Source: a virus
Length of the DNA stretch: 64,000 bases
Reading direction: 5' to 3' (one strand)
IMG/VR virus record: IMGVR_UViG_3300027710_001068
Span: 6,091-70,090 of that record
The notes under the pieces are model-generated. The model was not told where the DNA came from, did no database searches, and saw nothing but the letters and a program-made list of their open reading frames with translations. Numbering within the stretch: the first letter of the stretch is position 1; the number at the start of each line of letters is the position of its first letter. Positions 35,538-45,372 of this stretch are shown piece by piece. The translations under genes were made by a program, and so were the position numbers.

Positions 35538-36665
35538 ATGTATAAAGATATAACGGCTAGTTTAGTAGCTGCAACCAGAAAAGTAGTTGAAGCTTCTAGC
35601 ATCAAAGCTGCTAACGAAGCTGCTCAAAAAGAGCAGTCTTCTAACCTTTCTAAGTCAATGAGACCAGCTTATGAGGGCAGTGCTCCTCGTAACGCTCAAG
35701 AGATCTCTTTGCTTAGAGAAAAGGCTCACACTGTTCCTAAGACACCTAAAGAGAAATCTTTGGCTGCCTTGGCAGATGATGGTAAAAAAGATGTTATTAC
35801 ACACGCTGACGTTATGGTTGGCCGTGGTGTGAAAAAAGAAGAAATGTCTTCCAAAGAAAAAATGAAGAAGGGTCTTTATAATAAAGAGGAAGCTGAACAA
35901 GTTGATGAAACTATGGTCAACGGCAAGCTAGTAAACAACAAGATCTACAAGCCTGGTAAGTCGGACGCCGCTTTTGATTACAAAACACCTCGTAAGCCAC
36001 AAGATGCACCTAACCGTAAGTCTGGTGATGTGACTTCTACTGGTCATGATGTTAAGAAGATCTCTACTGGTATGGTTTACACTAAGCGTTTTGAAGAAGT
36101 TGAAACCATTGAAGAAGGCATGCACGTGATGCCTCGAAATATTGCTAAAGCAGACAGTCGCTATGATGCTGTTATTGCTCATGCTAAAAAAATGGGTTAT
36201 AATGTCCATCATGCTGAACATTATACTGATGAGAAAAGTGGTAACAAGGGAAGTCCTGATGTTACTATTCACTATCAACGTGGCGATGATCGTCATAGTG
36301 CTGCAGCTGAAGCAATAGAAATTCACAAAAGCGGCAAGGCTGCTAAAGACAAGACATTGAGAGCTCATGCTAGTGGTAAAGCAGTCAGTGAAGAAGTTGA
36401 ACAAATTGCAGAAGCTCCAGTTGATGGTGTTGCACCAGGTTCAATGGAAGGCGACAAGCATATGTGTGCTTCCAAAGTAATGCACAAAGAGTGGAAAGAA
36501 GGTACAACTCTATTCAGTCAACATGCTGAGCCAAATGAAATTGGTTTGATTGAGTGGTATGATGTTATGTTTGATCACGGTATTGAGAAGAGAGTTCCAA
36601 CACGTGACTTGGAAATCATGGTTTCTGAGAGCCACATGAGCCACTCTAAAAAGAAGAAGATGTAA
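35538..36665 (+). CDS. Modular late protein with repeated EE(V/A)ExxxE linkers
   Basis: TAAGGAG SD; linkers KEEAEQVDE, FEEVETIEE, SEEVEQIAE. Confidence 0.75.
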   Translation: MYKDITASLVAATRKVVEASSIKAANEAAQKEQSSNLSKSMRPAYEGSAPRNAQEISLLREKAHTVPKTPKEKSLAALADDGKKDVITHADVMVGRGVKKEEMSSKEKMKKGLYNKEEAEQVDETMVNGKLVNNKIYKPGKSDAAFDYKTPRKPQDAPNRKSGDVTSTGHDVKKISTGMVYTKRFEEVETIEEGMHVMPRNIAKADSRYDAVIAHAKKMGYNVHHAEHYTDEKSGNKGSPDVTIHYQRGDDRHSAAAEAIEIHKSGKAAKDKTLRAHASGKAVSEEVEQIAEAPVDGVAPGSMEGDKHMCASKVMHKEWKEGTTLFSQHAEPNEIGLIEWYDVMFDHGIEKRVPTRDLEIMVSESHMSHSKKKKM

Positions 36666-36666
36666 T

Positions 36667-37296
36667 ATGAAAAAGCTAAGAGAAATCGTTGAGGCTACGA
36701 AAAGCCTGCACCCAATGGCTCTCCATGTAAAGCCTGTTATGGTTAACGGTCAACAGAAGTACAAAGTACACGCTGTTGGTAAAGACTTAGCTGATGGTAT
36801 CCAGCACGGTGAGCACTTGTCTGACTCAGAGTTAGACGATGCTCATGAGATGGGCGCTAAGGTCAAGCACGTTAAAGAGTCTGTTGACGAAGCAATGAGT
36901 CATCAAGCTAAAACAACAATGAAGCACATCCCCAACGCTTCTCCAGCTATGAAAAAGGCTGCTAAAGATATCAAGCCCGGTATCAAAGGTTATGCTGATC
37001 GTATCGCCATGCTCAAAGCTGGTGGTGTTAAGGAAGAAGCTGATTTTGGTCCAGAAGCTGACAAGAACATTACAGTTCAGCTCAAGAAGGCAATGGACAT
37101 GATGGAACACGGTGAGAAAAGTGGTTCTGAAATTGAATTCGCTGATGGTCAAAAATACTTTGTAGAAGGTGTTGTTGCCCATAAGATATTGGTAGCAATG
37201 GAACAGATGAAGCCAGAAGTTAGAGCGCAAGCTCAGAATGCTGTTTATCAATCGTTTGCTCATTTGATGGCAGCTCACCAAATGTTGAGCAAATAA
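36667..37296 (+). CDS. Modular late protein
   Basis: MKKLREIVE, VKESVDE, VKEE. Confidence 0.75.
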   Translation: MKKLREIVEATKSLHPMALHVKPVMVNGQQKYKVHAVGKDLADGIQHGEHLSDSELDDAHEMGAKVKHVKESVDEAMSHQAKTTMKHIPNASPAMKKAAKDIKPGIKGYADRIAMLKAGGVKEEADFGPEADKNITVQLKKAMDMMEHGEKSGSEIEFADGQKYFVEGVVAHKILVAMEQMKPEVRAQAQNAVYQSFAHLMAAHQMLSK

Positions 37297-37336
37297 TTAG
37301 AATAAATAGAAGAATAATCCTTAGGAGAATCGAAAA

Positions 37337-38428
37337 ATGGCTCAATGGTCCAATAAAGATGCTAGCTCTAACAGTGTACTGTGGGCTCCAGCACAATTCA
37401 ACACGGTAGCTAACACTACTACTCGTGACAATCTATATGGCAACTCAACAGTTAATGCATTCGTTGTAGGTCAAGAAGTTGGTATGTTCGGCGTCGACGT
37501 AACAGAAGTTGCTGTAAGTAATGGATCTGTTACGGAGTTCCTCATTACCAGCGCTGGTTCTGGTTACTCTGCTAACGCCGCTGTAACTCTTGCTGGTGGC
37601 GGTGGTTCAAGTGCTACAGCAAATGCTACAGCTAATGCAACTGGTTATATTTCAATTGTTAATGTATCAGCAGCTGGTTCTAGCTATGAAACAAAACCAA
37701 CAGTAACAATTGATCCTCCAACTGGTAAGACATTCAACGCAAGCTCTGCCACACAAGAAGATGCAACGTTTAATGCCAATTCGGGTGTTGCTAACACTAC
37801 AGAGTTTATTACAACTAGCTCAGCTCACAATTTTACAAACGGCACAATGCTCCAGTACATTGTGGCTGCTGGCAATACTGCTATTGGTGGTTTGGCTAAT
37901 GGTACTGTTTACTTTGCCGTTAGTGCCAACTCTACCGCGTTGAAGTTAGCATCTACTGAAAATGGTTCTGCAATCAACATCACTGCTATTACTACAAGTG
38001 AGTCAGGTCACACATTACGTCGTAGAAACTTTATTGAAGTGTCCTCAAACGTATTCCAAAACAATGACATTCTAACTTACACAGTTGCAACTGGTAATAC
38101 AGCTGTTGCTGGTTTGACTAACGCAACTTCATATTTTGTTGTTTACGCTAACTCTGCAGGTTTATCTCTTTCAAGTAGCCGTGATGGTGAAAGAATCACT
38201 TTGACTCCTGGCTCTTCTGAAACTGGTCACACGTTGACTGGTCAGACAGCTACTGCTGAAGCAGTTATCAGCTCTGCTAACAAAGGTGTTGCACACGCTG
38301 GTTGGGTTATCCGTACGGTTGGTACTGGTGGTCGTGCTGGTCGTATCACTCACGAGACATTGGTCGCGATGGGTTCTATGAATAACTCTGATGCTGACGC
38401 AGAAGATACAATCTTTAAAGACGCATAA
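37337..38428 (+). CDS. Virion structural protein with duplicated internal domain
   Basis: S/T/A/G/N-rich; FGVD.TE and AHAGWV..GGRAGR..ETLVAM flank two repeats (Y.VA.GNTA..GL.N.T.YF); AATAAATA at 37301 and TAGGAG SD. Confidence 0.75.
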   Translation: MAQWSNKDASSNSVLWAPAQFNTVANTTTRDNLYGNSTVNAFVVGQEVGMFGVDVTEVAVSNGSVTEFLITSAGSGYSANAAVTLAGGGGSSATANATANATGYISIVNVSAAGSSYETKPTVTIDPPTGKTFNASSATQEDATFNANSGVANTTEFITTSSAHNFTNGTMLQYIVAAGNTAIGGLANGTVYFAVSANSTALKLASTENGSAINITAITTSESGHTLRRRNFIEVSSNVFQNNDILTYTVATGNTAVAGLTNATSYFVVYANSAGLSLSSSRDGERITLTPGSSETGHTLTGQTATAEAVISSANKGVAHAGWVIRTVGTGGRAGRITHETLVAMGSMNNSDADAEDTIFKDA

Positions 38429-38433
38429 TCTAA

Positions 38434-38718
38434 ATGGCTGATAAAGCTCTTAAGATATCAGAACTAACTGCCATCACTGCTCCAAGCGGTGATGACATTC
38501 TAGTTATTGTTGATGATCCATCAGGGACACCTACTACTAAAAAAGTAACTGTAGCAAACCTGTTGGGTAATTCATCTGCCAATGTCGTTATTCAGAATGT
38601 TACACCTGCAAACGGTACTATTACCGTTAAAAAGGGAACAATTATGTTTGATAATAGTTTCATTTACATTGCTACTGCTAATAATGTTATTAAAAAGGTG
38701 GCACTAAGCGCATTCTAA
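38434..38718 (+). CDS. Small structural protein
   Basis: KISELTA...DDILVIVD...TKKVTV motif of tail/fiber-type proteins. Confidence 0.7.
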   Translation: MADKALKISELTAITAPSGDDILVIVDDPSGTPTTKKVTVANLLGNSSANVVIQNVTPANGTITVKKGTIMFDNSFIYIATANNVIKKVALSAF

Positions 38719-38720
38719 TA

Positions 38721-39113
38721 ATGATTGATAAACTTGATGAGGCCAATTTCTTTTTGTATGCGGCCAAACATTATGAAAACCCATATTGTTATGATACTTT
38801 AGAATTTTATGACGACCTTAATAGGTTTAAGTACCTAAAGAGGTTGTTTAGTAGATATGAAGAGACTGGTGAGTTGAAGGAGAGACTGATTCTCAATCAC
38901 ATCATCGTCTTGTATAATATTTTTGGAGTAGAACCTACAACAAGAATGTTATTTTTAAAACTTAGAGGAAGCTATCCCGCGTTGAAGCCATTCTTAGTTT
39001 TTCTTAATTTCATGCCCGAAGTAGTAACACGGATTGGGATAGAAGGCAAGGATATTATTAGTTCGGACATCGCAATGGATGAAAAGATAGTAGACAAGCT
39101 GAGACAAATTTAA
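38721..39113 (+). CDS. Conserved T4-like hypothetical protein
   Basis: YAAKHYENP, EF.DDL.RFKY, ERLILNHII.LYN.FG. Confidence 0.85.
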   Translation: MIDKLDEANFFLYAAKHYENPYCYDTLEFYDDLNRFKYLKRLFSRYEETGELKERLILNHIIVLYNIFGVEPTTRMLFLKLRGSYPALKPFLVFLNFMPEVVTRIGIEGKDIISSDIAMDEKIVDKLRQI

Positions 39114-39685
39114 TGAACAAGAATTTAGATTTATACATTGTATATCAATTCCTTAAGAAGCTTTCCACTCCATTCAAGGACTGGAAAGCTTTTGATTTGG
39201 GGATCATTGATGAAAAAGGCAATGTACTTAAATCAAGAGATCAACTAACAGACAAAGAGTTGAAAGACTGGACATACTTTGATTTGTTGGTGACAAATAT
39301 CAAGAAACTAATTTCTGCTATCCCTGCTGGCAATCAAAAGATGGCTAATATGGTGATGGCTCTTTACCTGACTAAAGAATACAAAGGCAAGAAGGCTATT
39401 GTGTCTGAACCAGGATTGAAGAAAACACAAGGCCAAGTAATTGGTTATGCTAGAATGAAAGAGCAACATCAGCTTGCTGATATGCTTGAACAAGTGAAAT
39501 TGAATGAGGATGGGGGAGCTCCTATCAACAGTGCTGGTAGCGGTAACGTTGCTGGAATTGGTGTAGGACAACAAGGCGAGCCCGGAGTCAAATTAGCCAT
39601 GATTAGAAGATATATTAAGAAAAACAAATCTGACATGGTGAAATATGCTAACACTCAACCAACTAAAACAATTAATCCCAGGTAA
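39113..39685 (+). CDS. Conserved T4-like hypothetical protein
   Basis: YQFLKKLSTPF..W.AF.LGIID.KG. Confidence 0.8.
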   Translation: MNKNLDLYIVYQFLKKLSTPFKDWKAFDLGIIDEKGNVLKSRDQLTDKELKDWTYFDLLVTNIKKLISAIPAGNQKMANMVMALYLTKEYKGKKAIVSEPGLKKTQGQVIGYARMKEQHQLADMLEQVKLNEDGGAPINSAGSGNVAGIGVGQQGEPGVKLAMIRRYIKKNKSDMVKYANTQPTKTINPR

Positions 39686-40259
39686 CCCGTACGTCGACCA
39701 CTGGCACGAAGCCCTGGAGATTCTTCTCCCTGATTACGACATCAACACTCCTCAACGGATTGCTGCGTTCGTTGCACAATGTGCACACGAGTCTGGCAAC
39801 TTCAGAGTGTTAAAAGAGAACCTCAACTACAGAGCTGTTACTCTTCGTAAGATTTTCCCTCGTTACTTCCCCGATGATCAGATTGCCGCAGCTTATGCTG
39901 GTAAGCAAGAAGCTATTGCAAATAAGGTTTATGGTAACCGTATGGGCAATGGTGATGAGGCATCTGGTGATGGTTTTAGATACTGCGGCCGTGGACTAAT
40001 TCAATTGACAGGCAAAAACAACTATCGAGCTTTTGCTGATAGTTTGGAGATGGATGTCGAAGACGTTCCCGAGTACCTTGCAACATTTGAAGGAGCTGCT
40101 CAATCAGCTTGCTGGTTCTGGGAAACAAACAATTTAAATCAATGGGCTGATAGAGGAGACATTGTCACTCTAACTAAGCGCATTAACGGCGGTACAATCG
40201 GTTTAGAAGATCGTATCAAACACTATGAACATGCACTGCATGTGTTGGGAGCTCACTAA
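39645..40259 (+). CDS. Endolysin, glycoside hydrolase family 19
   Basis: AQCAHES, ENLNY, GRGLIQLTG..NY and INGG..GL.DR motifs. Confidence 0.93.
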   Translation: MLTLNQLKQLIPGNPYVDHWHEALEILLPDYDINTPQRIAAFVAQCAHESGNFRVLKENLNYRAVTLRKIFPRYFPDDQIAAAYAGKQEAIANKVYGNRMGNGDEASGDGFRYCGRGLIQLTGKNNYRAFADSLEMDVEDVPEYLATFEGAAQSACWFWETNNLNQWADRGDIVTLTKRINGGTIGLEDRIKHYEHALHVLGAH

Positions 40260-40693
40260 TGAAAAAATTCCTTTTGCTTTTGGCCCTGTTGCCTTTGTTT
40301 GCTTTTGCTCAAAAAGAAAAAGCTGGTGTCACTTATGATGTTGTCCTTACTAGAGTGATTGATGGAGATACAGTTGCTTTCCAAGCTAACTGGTTGCCTG
40401 AGCCATTGAAAAAGGAATTATCAATTCGTGTATTTGGTGTCGATACTCCTGAAAAGAGTTTCCGTGCCAAGTGCCCAAGTGAGGCTGCACGTGGTGAAGC
40501 GGCGTCTGCTTTTACTAAACAAATGATTAATGCATCTACCAAACGTCAGATCGTAATGATGGATTGGGATAAGTATGGTGGAAGAGTGTTGGGAGATGTC
40601 TTGCTTGATGGTAAGAGTCTTCGTCAACAATTAATTGCTAATGGTTTTGCTCGTGAGTATTACGGCGAAGCTAAAACATCTTGGTGTGAATAA
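40259..40693 (+). CDS. Secreted thermonuclease (SNase family)
   Basis: Signal peptide MKKFLLLLALLPLFAFA; VIDGDT, GVDTPE, DKYGGR. Confidence 0.9.
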   Translation: MKKFLLLLALLPLFAFAQKEKAGVTYDVVLTRVIDGDTVAFQANWLPEPLKKELSIRVFGVDTPEKSFRAKCPSEAARGEAASAFTKQMINASTKRQIVMMDWDKYGGRVLGDVLLDGKSLRQQLIANGFAREYYGEAKTSWCE

Positions 40694-40702
40694 GGAATAA
40701 AA

Positions 40703-41224
40703 ATGTTCGGAAAAAAAGAAGAAAAAGTAGAAGAAGTTAAAAAGCCCGATGAAGATTGGATGACCAAAAAATGGCGTCCGATGATGGCCATGATGTACAT
40801 GACGTGCTGTTTGTTTGACTTTGCTCTATTCCCAATCATGTTTACAATTGTTCAGTTCTGGGAAGTCCAGGCTGCCAACGATGCATTTCGTCAATGGGTT
40901 CCTATCACACTACAAGGCGGTGGGTTGTTCCACGTTGCCATGGGTGGTGTGTTAGGTGTTTCAGCTTACGGTAGAACACAAGAAAAAGTAGCAGGAGCTG
41001 CAAATGTATCAACAAGTACGCAAACAATCAGTGCTCCAGCACCTAGCTTATCTGCGCCAATACCGTCAGCCGCCCCTGCTCCCGCACCAAGTTGGACTCC
41101 CCCTCCAGCCCAGCAGTTTGCAGCCGCAGCTCCGACGCCAGCATTTGAACAACCTCTAAATAATATATCGGCTGGTTTCGGTGGCAAAAAAGCTCCTCCA
41201 GCAGCTCCAGAACCATTACTGTAA
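40703..41224 (+). CDS. Holin-like membrane protein (GTA 3TM holin-like)
   Basis: KWRPMM, TM segments, LGVSAYGRTQEK; Pro/Ala-rich tail. Confidence 0.7.
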   Translation: MFGKKEEKVEEVKKPDEDWMTKKWRPMMAMMYMTCCLFDFALFPIMFTIVQFWEVQAANDAFRQWVPITLQGGGLFHVAMGGVLGVSAYGRTQEKVAGAANVSTSTQTISAPAPSLSAPIPSAAPAPAPSWTPPPAQQFAAAAPTPAFEQPLNNISAGFGGKKAPPAAPEPLL

Positions 41225-41232
41225 GGTAACTT

Positions 41233-41451
41233 ATGAAAAAAATCATTAACACAACAGCCGCTATTGCTTTAGCACTTTTTTTTACTACATCGGCTATGGC
41301 TGGTGGTGAGATGAAAGAAGTTTGTCACGATAAGGTGGACAAAGCTGGTAAGCCAGTGATGGACAAGAAGACTGGCAAGCCAGCACAAGAGTGCAAAATG
41401 ATCAAGGTTCATAAGAAACTTGAAGGGACTAAAGTCCCTGACAAGAAGTAA
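41233..41451 (+). CDS. Small secreted protein
   Basis: Signal peptide ending SAMA; a pair of cysteines. Confidence 0.75.
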   Translation: MKKIINTTAAIALALFFTTSAMAGGEMKEVCHDKVDKAGKPVMDKKTGKPAQECKMIKVHKKLEGTKVPDKK

Positions 41452-41453
41452 TC

Positions 41454-41681
41454 ATGGAACTATTTGACACAACCTCAAGGATTGCTGTTTTGGAAAATCA
41501 ACTTACAAACCTTGGATCTGAACTGAAAGAATTTAGACACGATTCTAAAGAACAGCACAAGCAGATGATGGAGAAGATCAGTGATATTGATGAACGCCTA
41601 ACAGTCCTTGAAAAATGGCGTTGGATGATTATTGGTGGTGCTGCTGTACTAGGCTTCATGGCTGCTCATTTTATAAAGTAG
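41454..41681 (+). CDS. Coiled-coil protein with C-terminal TM (XhlA/holin-like)
   Basis: RIAVLE...LEKWRWMIIGG. Confidence 0.7.
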   Translation: MELFDTTSRIAVLENQLTNLGSELKEFRHDSKEQHKQMMEKISDIDERLTVLEKWRWMIIGGAAVLGFMAAHFIK

Positions 41682-41709
41682 TTGACCCAAAAATGTAAAC
41701 TTGTATAAT
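41682..41709 (+). promoter_or_regulatory. Sigma70-type promoter
   Basis: TTGACC-N16-TATAAT. Confidence 0.6.
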
Positions 41710-41732
41710 CAGCTCTGCGCCCTGAAAGATCT

Positions 41733-42314
41733 TTATAATGAGCTGGTTGTATCGTGTTTGTGCCATCTGGCCAGGTTTCCAAGATTGGTTACCTTACCAC
41801 ATATTGGACATTCCAGGAAGCAATTGAGCTTTTTGGCATTTCCTACTTTACCGTAATTGGGATTTAATGGTCCTCTCTTACTCAGACTTATTTTAGCATT
41901 TCTTTCCGGAGTAATTACGGGGCGATCGCCCTTAACAAAAGAACCTTTATTAGTTCTTAATATACTCATTGGATTATGTTTCTTCATTCTTTCGCTAGCA
42001 GCTTTCCTTTTCTCCAAGCTATTGGAGTCACCTCCACCCTCATTCATGTTGTATCCACCACGCCCAAAGGAATCGTATTCCTTTATGAAAAAGGGTTCCA
42101 TCTCGTTAAGTGTGTGAAGCTTATCAAGTGATTCATACAACACTTCAAATGTAAAGTTAGACAGTCCATACTTTTTTATGGCTCTATACAAAGCTTTTGA
42201 TTGTGAACCATTGCACGATTTGTGTGCAATCCACCTTCTCTTGACATTTTCAGTAAAACCAATATAATGTTTGTTATTAACTGTATTTGTTATTTTGTAA
42301 ATTGAAAAAACCAT
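41733..42314 (-). mobile_element. Free-standing GIY-YIG homing endonuclease (seg-like)
   Basis: IYKITN..N.KHYIG, RW..H, E..FI, GYNM..GG; C-terminal CPICGK; opposite strand to its neighbours. Confidence 0.88.
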
Positions 42315-42350
42315 TTGTGCCCTTTGTGTGCAGATAAGGTATATATTATT

Positions 42351-43367
42351 ATGAGCTGGTTAGAAGAAAAATATATTAATCTTTTATCGAATAGGTTTTC
42401 TAGGTTTGTTAGAAAAGGTGCCAACCTTTGGAATTTTAGGTGTTATCTTTGTGGTGATTCCCAAAAGAACAAACTAAAAGCCAGAGGGTACCTGTTCGCA
42501 CAGAACGGTGAGTACTTCTATCGCTGTCACAATTGCTCAGCGTCACTTAACTTCAAACAATTCCTTAACAGCGTCGATCCGATCATAGCTGATGAGTTCT
42601 CTAAAGAGAAGTTCATGGAGAAAACTGGGATTGTAGCAACTGCAAAGCCTGTTGAGAAGGACATTGGCAAGTTCTTGCAACCTAAGTTCATTAAGTACAC
42701 CGCTTTAAACACGTTAAAAAAGGTTTCTCAGCTCGATCCTGCACATCCTGTTAAGAGATACGTGATGAGCCGGAAAATCCCTTCTACGATGCATTTCAAG
42801 CTGTTCTATGCACCAAAATTCAAACAGTTTGTTAATTCTCTGATCCCTGACAAGTTTAACACCGATATTGATGAGCCAAGGTTAATTATCCCGTTTGTTG
42901 ATCAAAATCAACAACTGATAGGATTTCAAGGCAGAAACTTTAGTAAAGATGGTATCCGGTACATAACTATCATGTTGGATGAGACGAAGCCTAAGGTTTA
43001 CGGACTTGAGAGTGTCAACCTTAACGAGACGTTTTATGTGTTTGAGGGTCCAATTGATTCTATGTTCATCAAGAACTCGATTGCAATGGCTGGAGCTAGC
43101 TTGGATAAACTTTTAGAGCCACATAAATCAAAGGCTGTCATGGTGTTTGATAATGAGCCAAGGAATAAGGAAATCGTTCGAACAATTGAGAAGTATATAC
43201 AGAATGGATATAATGTTGTGATATGGCCTGATCATATCCTGCAAAAGGATGTCAATGATATGGTGTTAGCTGGGTTCAAGCCTGTTGATCTAAAACTAAT
43301 TATAGACAATAATACGTTCAAGGGTTTAGCTGCTCTTGTTAAATTTAATAACTGGAAAAAAATATGA
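42351..43367 (+). CDS. gp61: DNA primase
   Basis: CYLCGDS..CHNC, RLIIPF, EGPIDS, FDNEPRN and KDVND motifs. Confidence 0.96.
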   Translation: MSWLEEKYINLLSNRFSRFVRKGANLWNFRCYLCGDSQKNKLKARGYLFAQNGEYFYRCHNCSASLNFKQFLNSVDPIIADEFSKEKFMEKTGIVATAKPVEKDIGKFLQPKFIKYTALNTLKKVSQLDPAHPVKRYVMSRKIPSTMHFKLFYAPKFKQFVNSLIPDKFNTDIDEPRLIIPFVDQNQQLIGFQGRNFSKDGIRYITIMLDETKPKVYGLESVNLNETFYVFEGPIDSMFIKNSIAMAGASLDKLLEPHKSKAVMVFDNEPRNKEIVRTIEKYIQNGYNVVIWPDHILQKDVNDMVLAGFKPVDLKLIIDNNTFKGLAALVKFNNWKKI

Positions 43368-43936
43368 TGAAGTATAAGAATTATGACTACGTAGCTGGTC
43401 AAGAAGCATTTTTGAGTAGCGCAGAGGTCGAACTCTTACAGAGATACGCAGGCAAGCTACCAGCTCAACCCGGTAAAATGGGCGTTGATGGTGCTACAGA
43501 AGACGAGTCAATGAGAAAATCAGTAGTTAAGTGGATAGGCAATGATCCTGAAGTAAAATGGCTCAATGATAAAATATTCAATATGGTTAGAAATGTTAAT
43601 GAAGAATTCTTTCATATGGATATTACAAGCTTTGAAGATTTACAACACACAACATACAAAGCTGGTGGTGGGTTCTACGGTGTCCATATGGATACATTCA
43701 TAAATGCTTTCCCACAAAGAAAGATATCGTTTACAATCCAATTGAGTGATGCTGTTGATTATGAGGGTGGGCAAATGAAGATTTATAACAAAGACTTTAT
43801 AAACCCATTCATTGCTTCTAAATCTAAAGGATCGTTGGTTATATTTCACTCAATGATGCTCCATGAAGTTACACCAGTTACAAAGGGTGTGAGAAGCTCT
43901 CTTGTAGGATGGGTTTCTGGCCCCCCAATGAAATAA
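43364..43936 (+). CDS. 2OG-Fe(II) oxygenase
   Basis: HMD, RKIS, YEGG, HEVTPVTKG.R.SLV.W. Confidence 0.92.
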   Translation: MMKYKNYDYVAGQEAFLSSAEVELLQRYAGKLPAQPGKMGVDGATEDESMRKSVVKWIGNDPEVKWLNDKIFNMVRNVNEEFFHMDITSFEDLQHTTYKAGGGFYGVHMDTFINAFPQRKISFTIQLSDAVDYEGGQMKIYNKDFINPFIASKSKGSLVIFHSMMLHEVTPVTKGVRSSLVGWVSGPPMK

Positions 43937-43946
43937 GAGATATACA

Positions 43947-44621
43947 ATGAAGGCTAAGTTAGTATCGTATAGTCAGACAGACCCATCGGATCCAATCCTC
44001 AACGCCGCTCTCAATCAACAAGAGCTTATTGCTTACTGTGCTAGGGTATCAAACCCAACCAATCAACAAAGCAATCAAACAAGCGACAAGCTGTTGCAGT
44101 ATCTGATCAATCATAAGCACTGGTCACCTTTTGAGATGGTCAGTGTTTGTATGGAAATTGAAACGACACGTGACATTGCTCGTCAGTTACTTCGTCATCG
44201 CTCATTCAGTTTTCAAGAGTATAGTCAGCGTTATGCTGATCCAACTAAAGACCTAGATTTTGTAATACGGGAAGCACGTCTCCAAGATCCAAAAAATCGT
44301 CAAAATAGTATTGAGACTGATGATTTTTGGCTCAAACTGCAGTGGGATAAGGCACAACAACGTGTAATTATGGCTGCTCGTGAAGAATATAATTGGGCAA
44401 TTAGTATGGGAATTGCTAAGGAACAAGCCCGCGCCGTCCTGCCGGAAGGATTGACTGTTTCACGTCTTTTAGTCAACGGAACTTTGCGCTCATGGATCCA
44501 CTATATAGAGCTCAGATCCGGAAACGGGACTCAGTTGGAGCATATTGAAATTGCTATAGAATGTGCTAAAGCGATTGCAAAAATATTCCCGATGGTTGAC
44601 AATTTTGTACAGAAAAATTAA
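43947..44621 (+). CDS. thyX: Flavin-dependent thymidylate synthase
   Basis: HWSPFE and RHRSFSFQEYSQRY motifs. Confidence 0.96.
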   Translation: MKAKLVSYSQTDPSDPILNAALNQQELIAYCARVSNPTNQQSNQTSDKLLQYLINHKHWSPFEMVSVCMEIETTRDIARQLLRHRSFSFQEYSQRYADPTKDLDFVIREARLQDPKNRQNSIETDDFWLKLQWDKAQQRVIMAAREEYNWAISMGIAKEQARAVLPEGLTVSRLLVNGTLRSWIHYIELRSGNGTQLEHIEIAIECAKAIAKIFPMVDNFVQKN

Positions 44622-44634
44622 TAAATAATCCACG

Positions 44635-45081
44635 ATGTGGTTTCTATCTTTTATTCCTTCTTGGTATGTCCATATCATTCCTCTCTCAGCATTGGCGATC
44701 ATCTTCGCCAGTATGTTTCTCAAAGTAATTCCCTTTGTAAGTACTTACTACATTCCCATTAGAATAATAGGTTTTGTATTGCTTTGCTTTGGTATTTTCT
44801 TTGAGGGTGGTTTGTATATGAACCAACAGTGGACTGCTAAAGTTAAAGAGATGGAAGAGAAGATTGCTGTTGCAGAGGCAAAGAGCAAGGAAGAGAATGT
44901 AAGGATTGTTGAAAAGTTTATAGTTAAGCAGAATGTTATCAGGGAAAAGGGAGAAGAAATTATAAAGTACATTGATAAAGAAATTATTAAGTATGATGTG
45001 AAATTTGCTCCTGGTGGACAGTGTGAAATTCCTAAAGAGTTTGTTGAAGCTGTTAATAAAGTAGCAAAGGATGGTAAGTGA
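44635..45081 (+). CDS. Inner-membrane spanin (Rz-like)
   Basis: N-terminal TMs, coiled coil, C-terminal CEIP; followed by a lipoprotein gene. Confidence 0.7.
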   Translation: MWFLSFIPSWYVHIIPLSALAIIFASMFLKVIPFVSTYYIPIRIIGFVLLCFGIFFEGGLYMNQQWTAKVKEMEEKIAVAEAKSKEENVRIVEKFIVKQNVIREKGEEIIKYIDKEIIKYDVKFAPGGQCEIPKEFVEAVNKVAKDGK

Positions 45082-45335
45082 AATACCTTGTTCTACCACT
45101 ACTGCTGACAGGATGTGCTACTAACATTCCTGTTGTGATGAAGTTTCCTGAGGCTCCTACCGTGCTAATGGAAAAGTGTCCTCAGTTGAAGTTTTTAGAA
45201 CAAGACCCTAAGTTAAGTGATGTTGCTAAAACGGTAGCAATCAACTATACTACTTACTATGAGTGTGCATTGAAAGTTGAGTCCTGGATCGGATGGTACC
45301 AGGCACAAAAAGTAATATTTGAGTCAGTTAAGTAA
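45078..45335 (+). CDS. Outer-membrane spanin lipoprotein (Rz1-like)
   Basis: Lipobox LTGC; FPEAP..LM..CP.L; NY..YYEC. Confidence 0.75.
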   Translation: MKYLVLPLLLTGCATNIPVVMKFPEAPTVLMEKCPQLKFLEQDPKLSDVAKTVAINYTTYYECALKVESWIGWYQAQKVIFESVK

Positions 45336-45372
45336 CTGCTCATTCGTTTAATAAAATAAGAAGATTGGAAAT

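Noticed and set aside
41715-42323. TGCGCCCT / TGTGCCCT flanking the GIY-YIG gene as a target-site duplication
   Set aside because: The match is short and imperfect, and homing endonuclease genes do not normally create TSDs; chance cannot be excluded.
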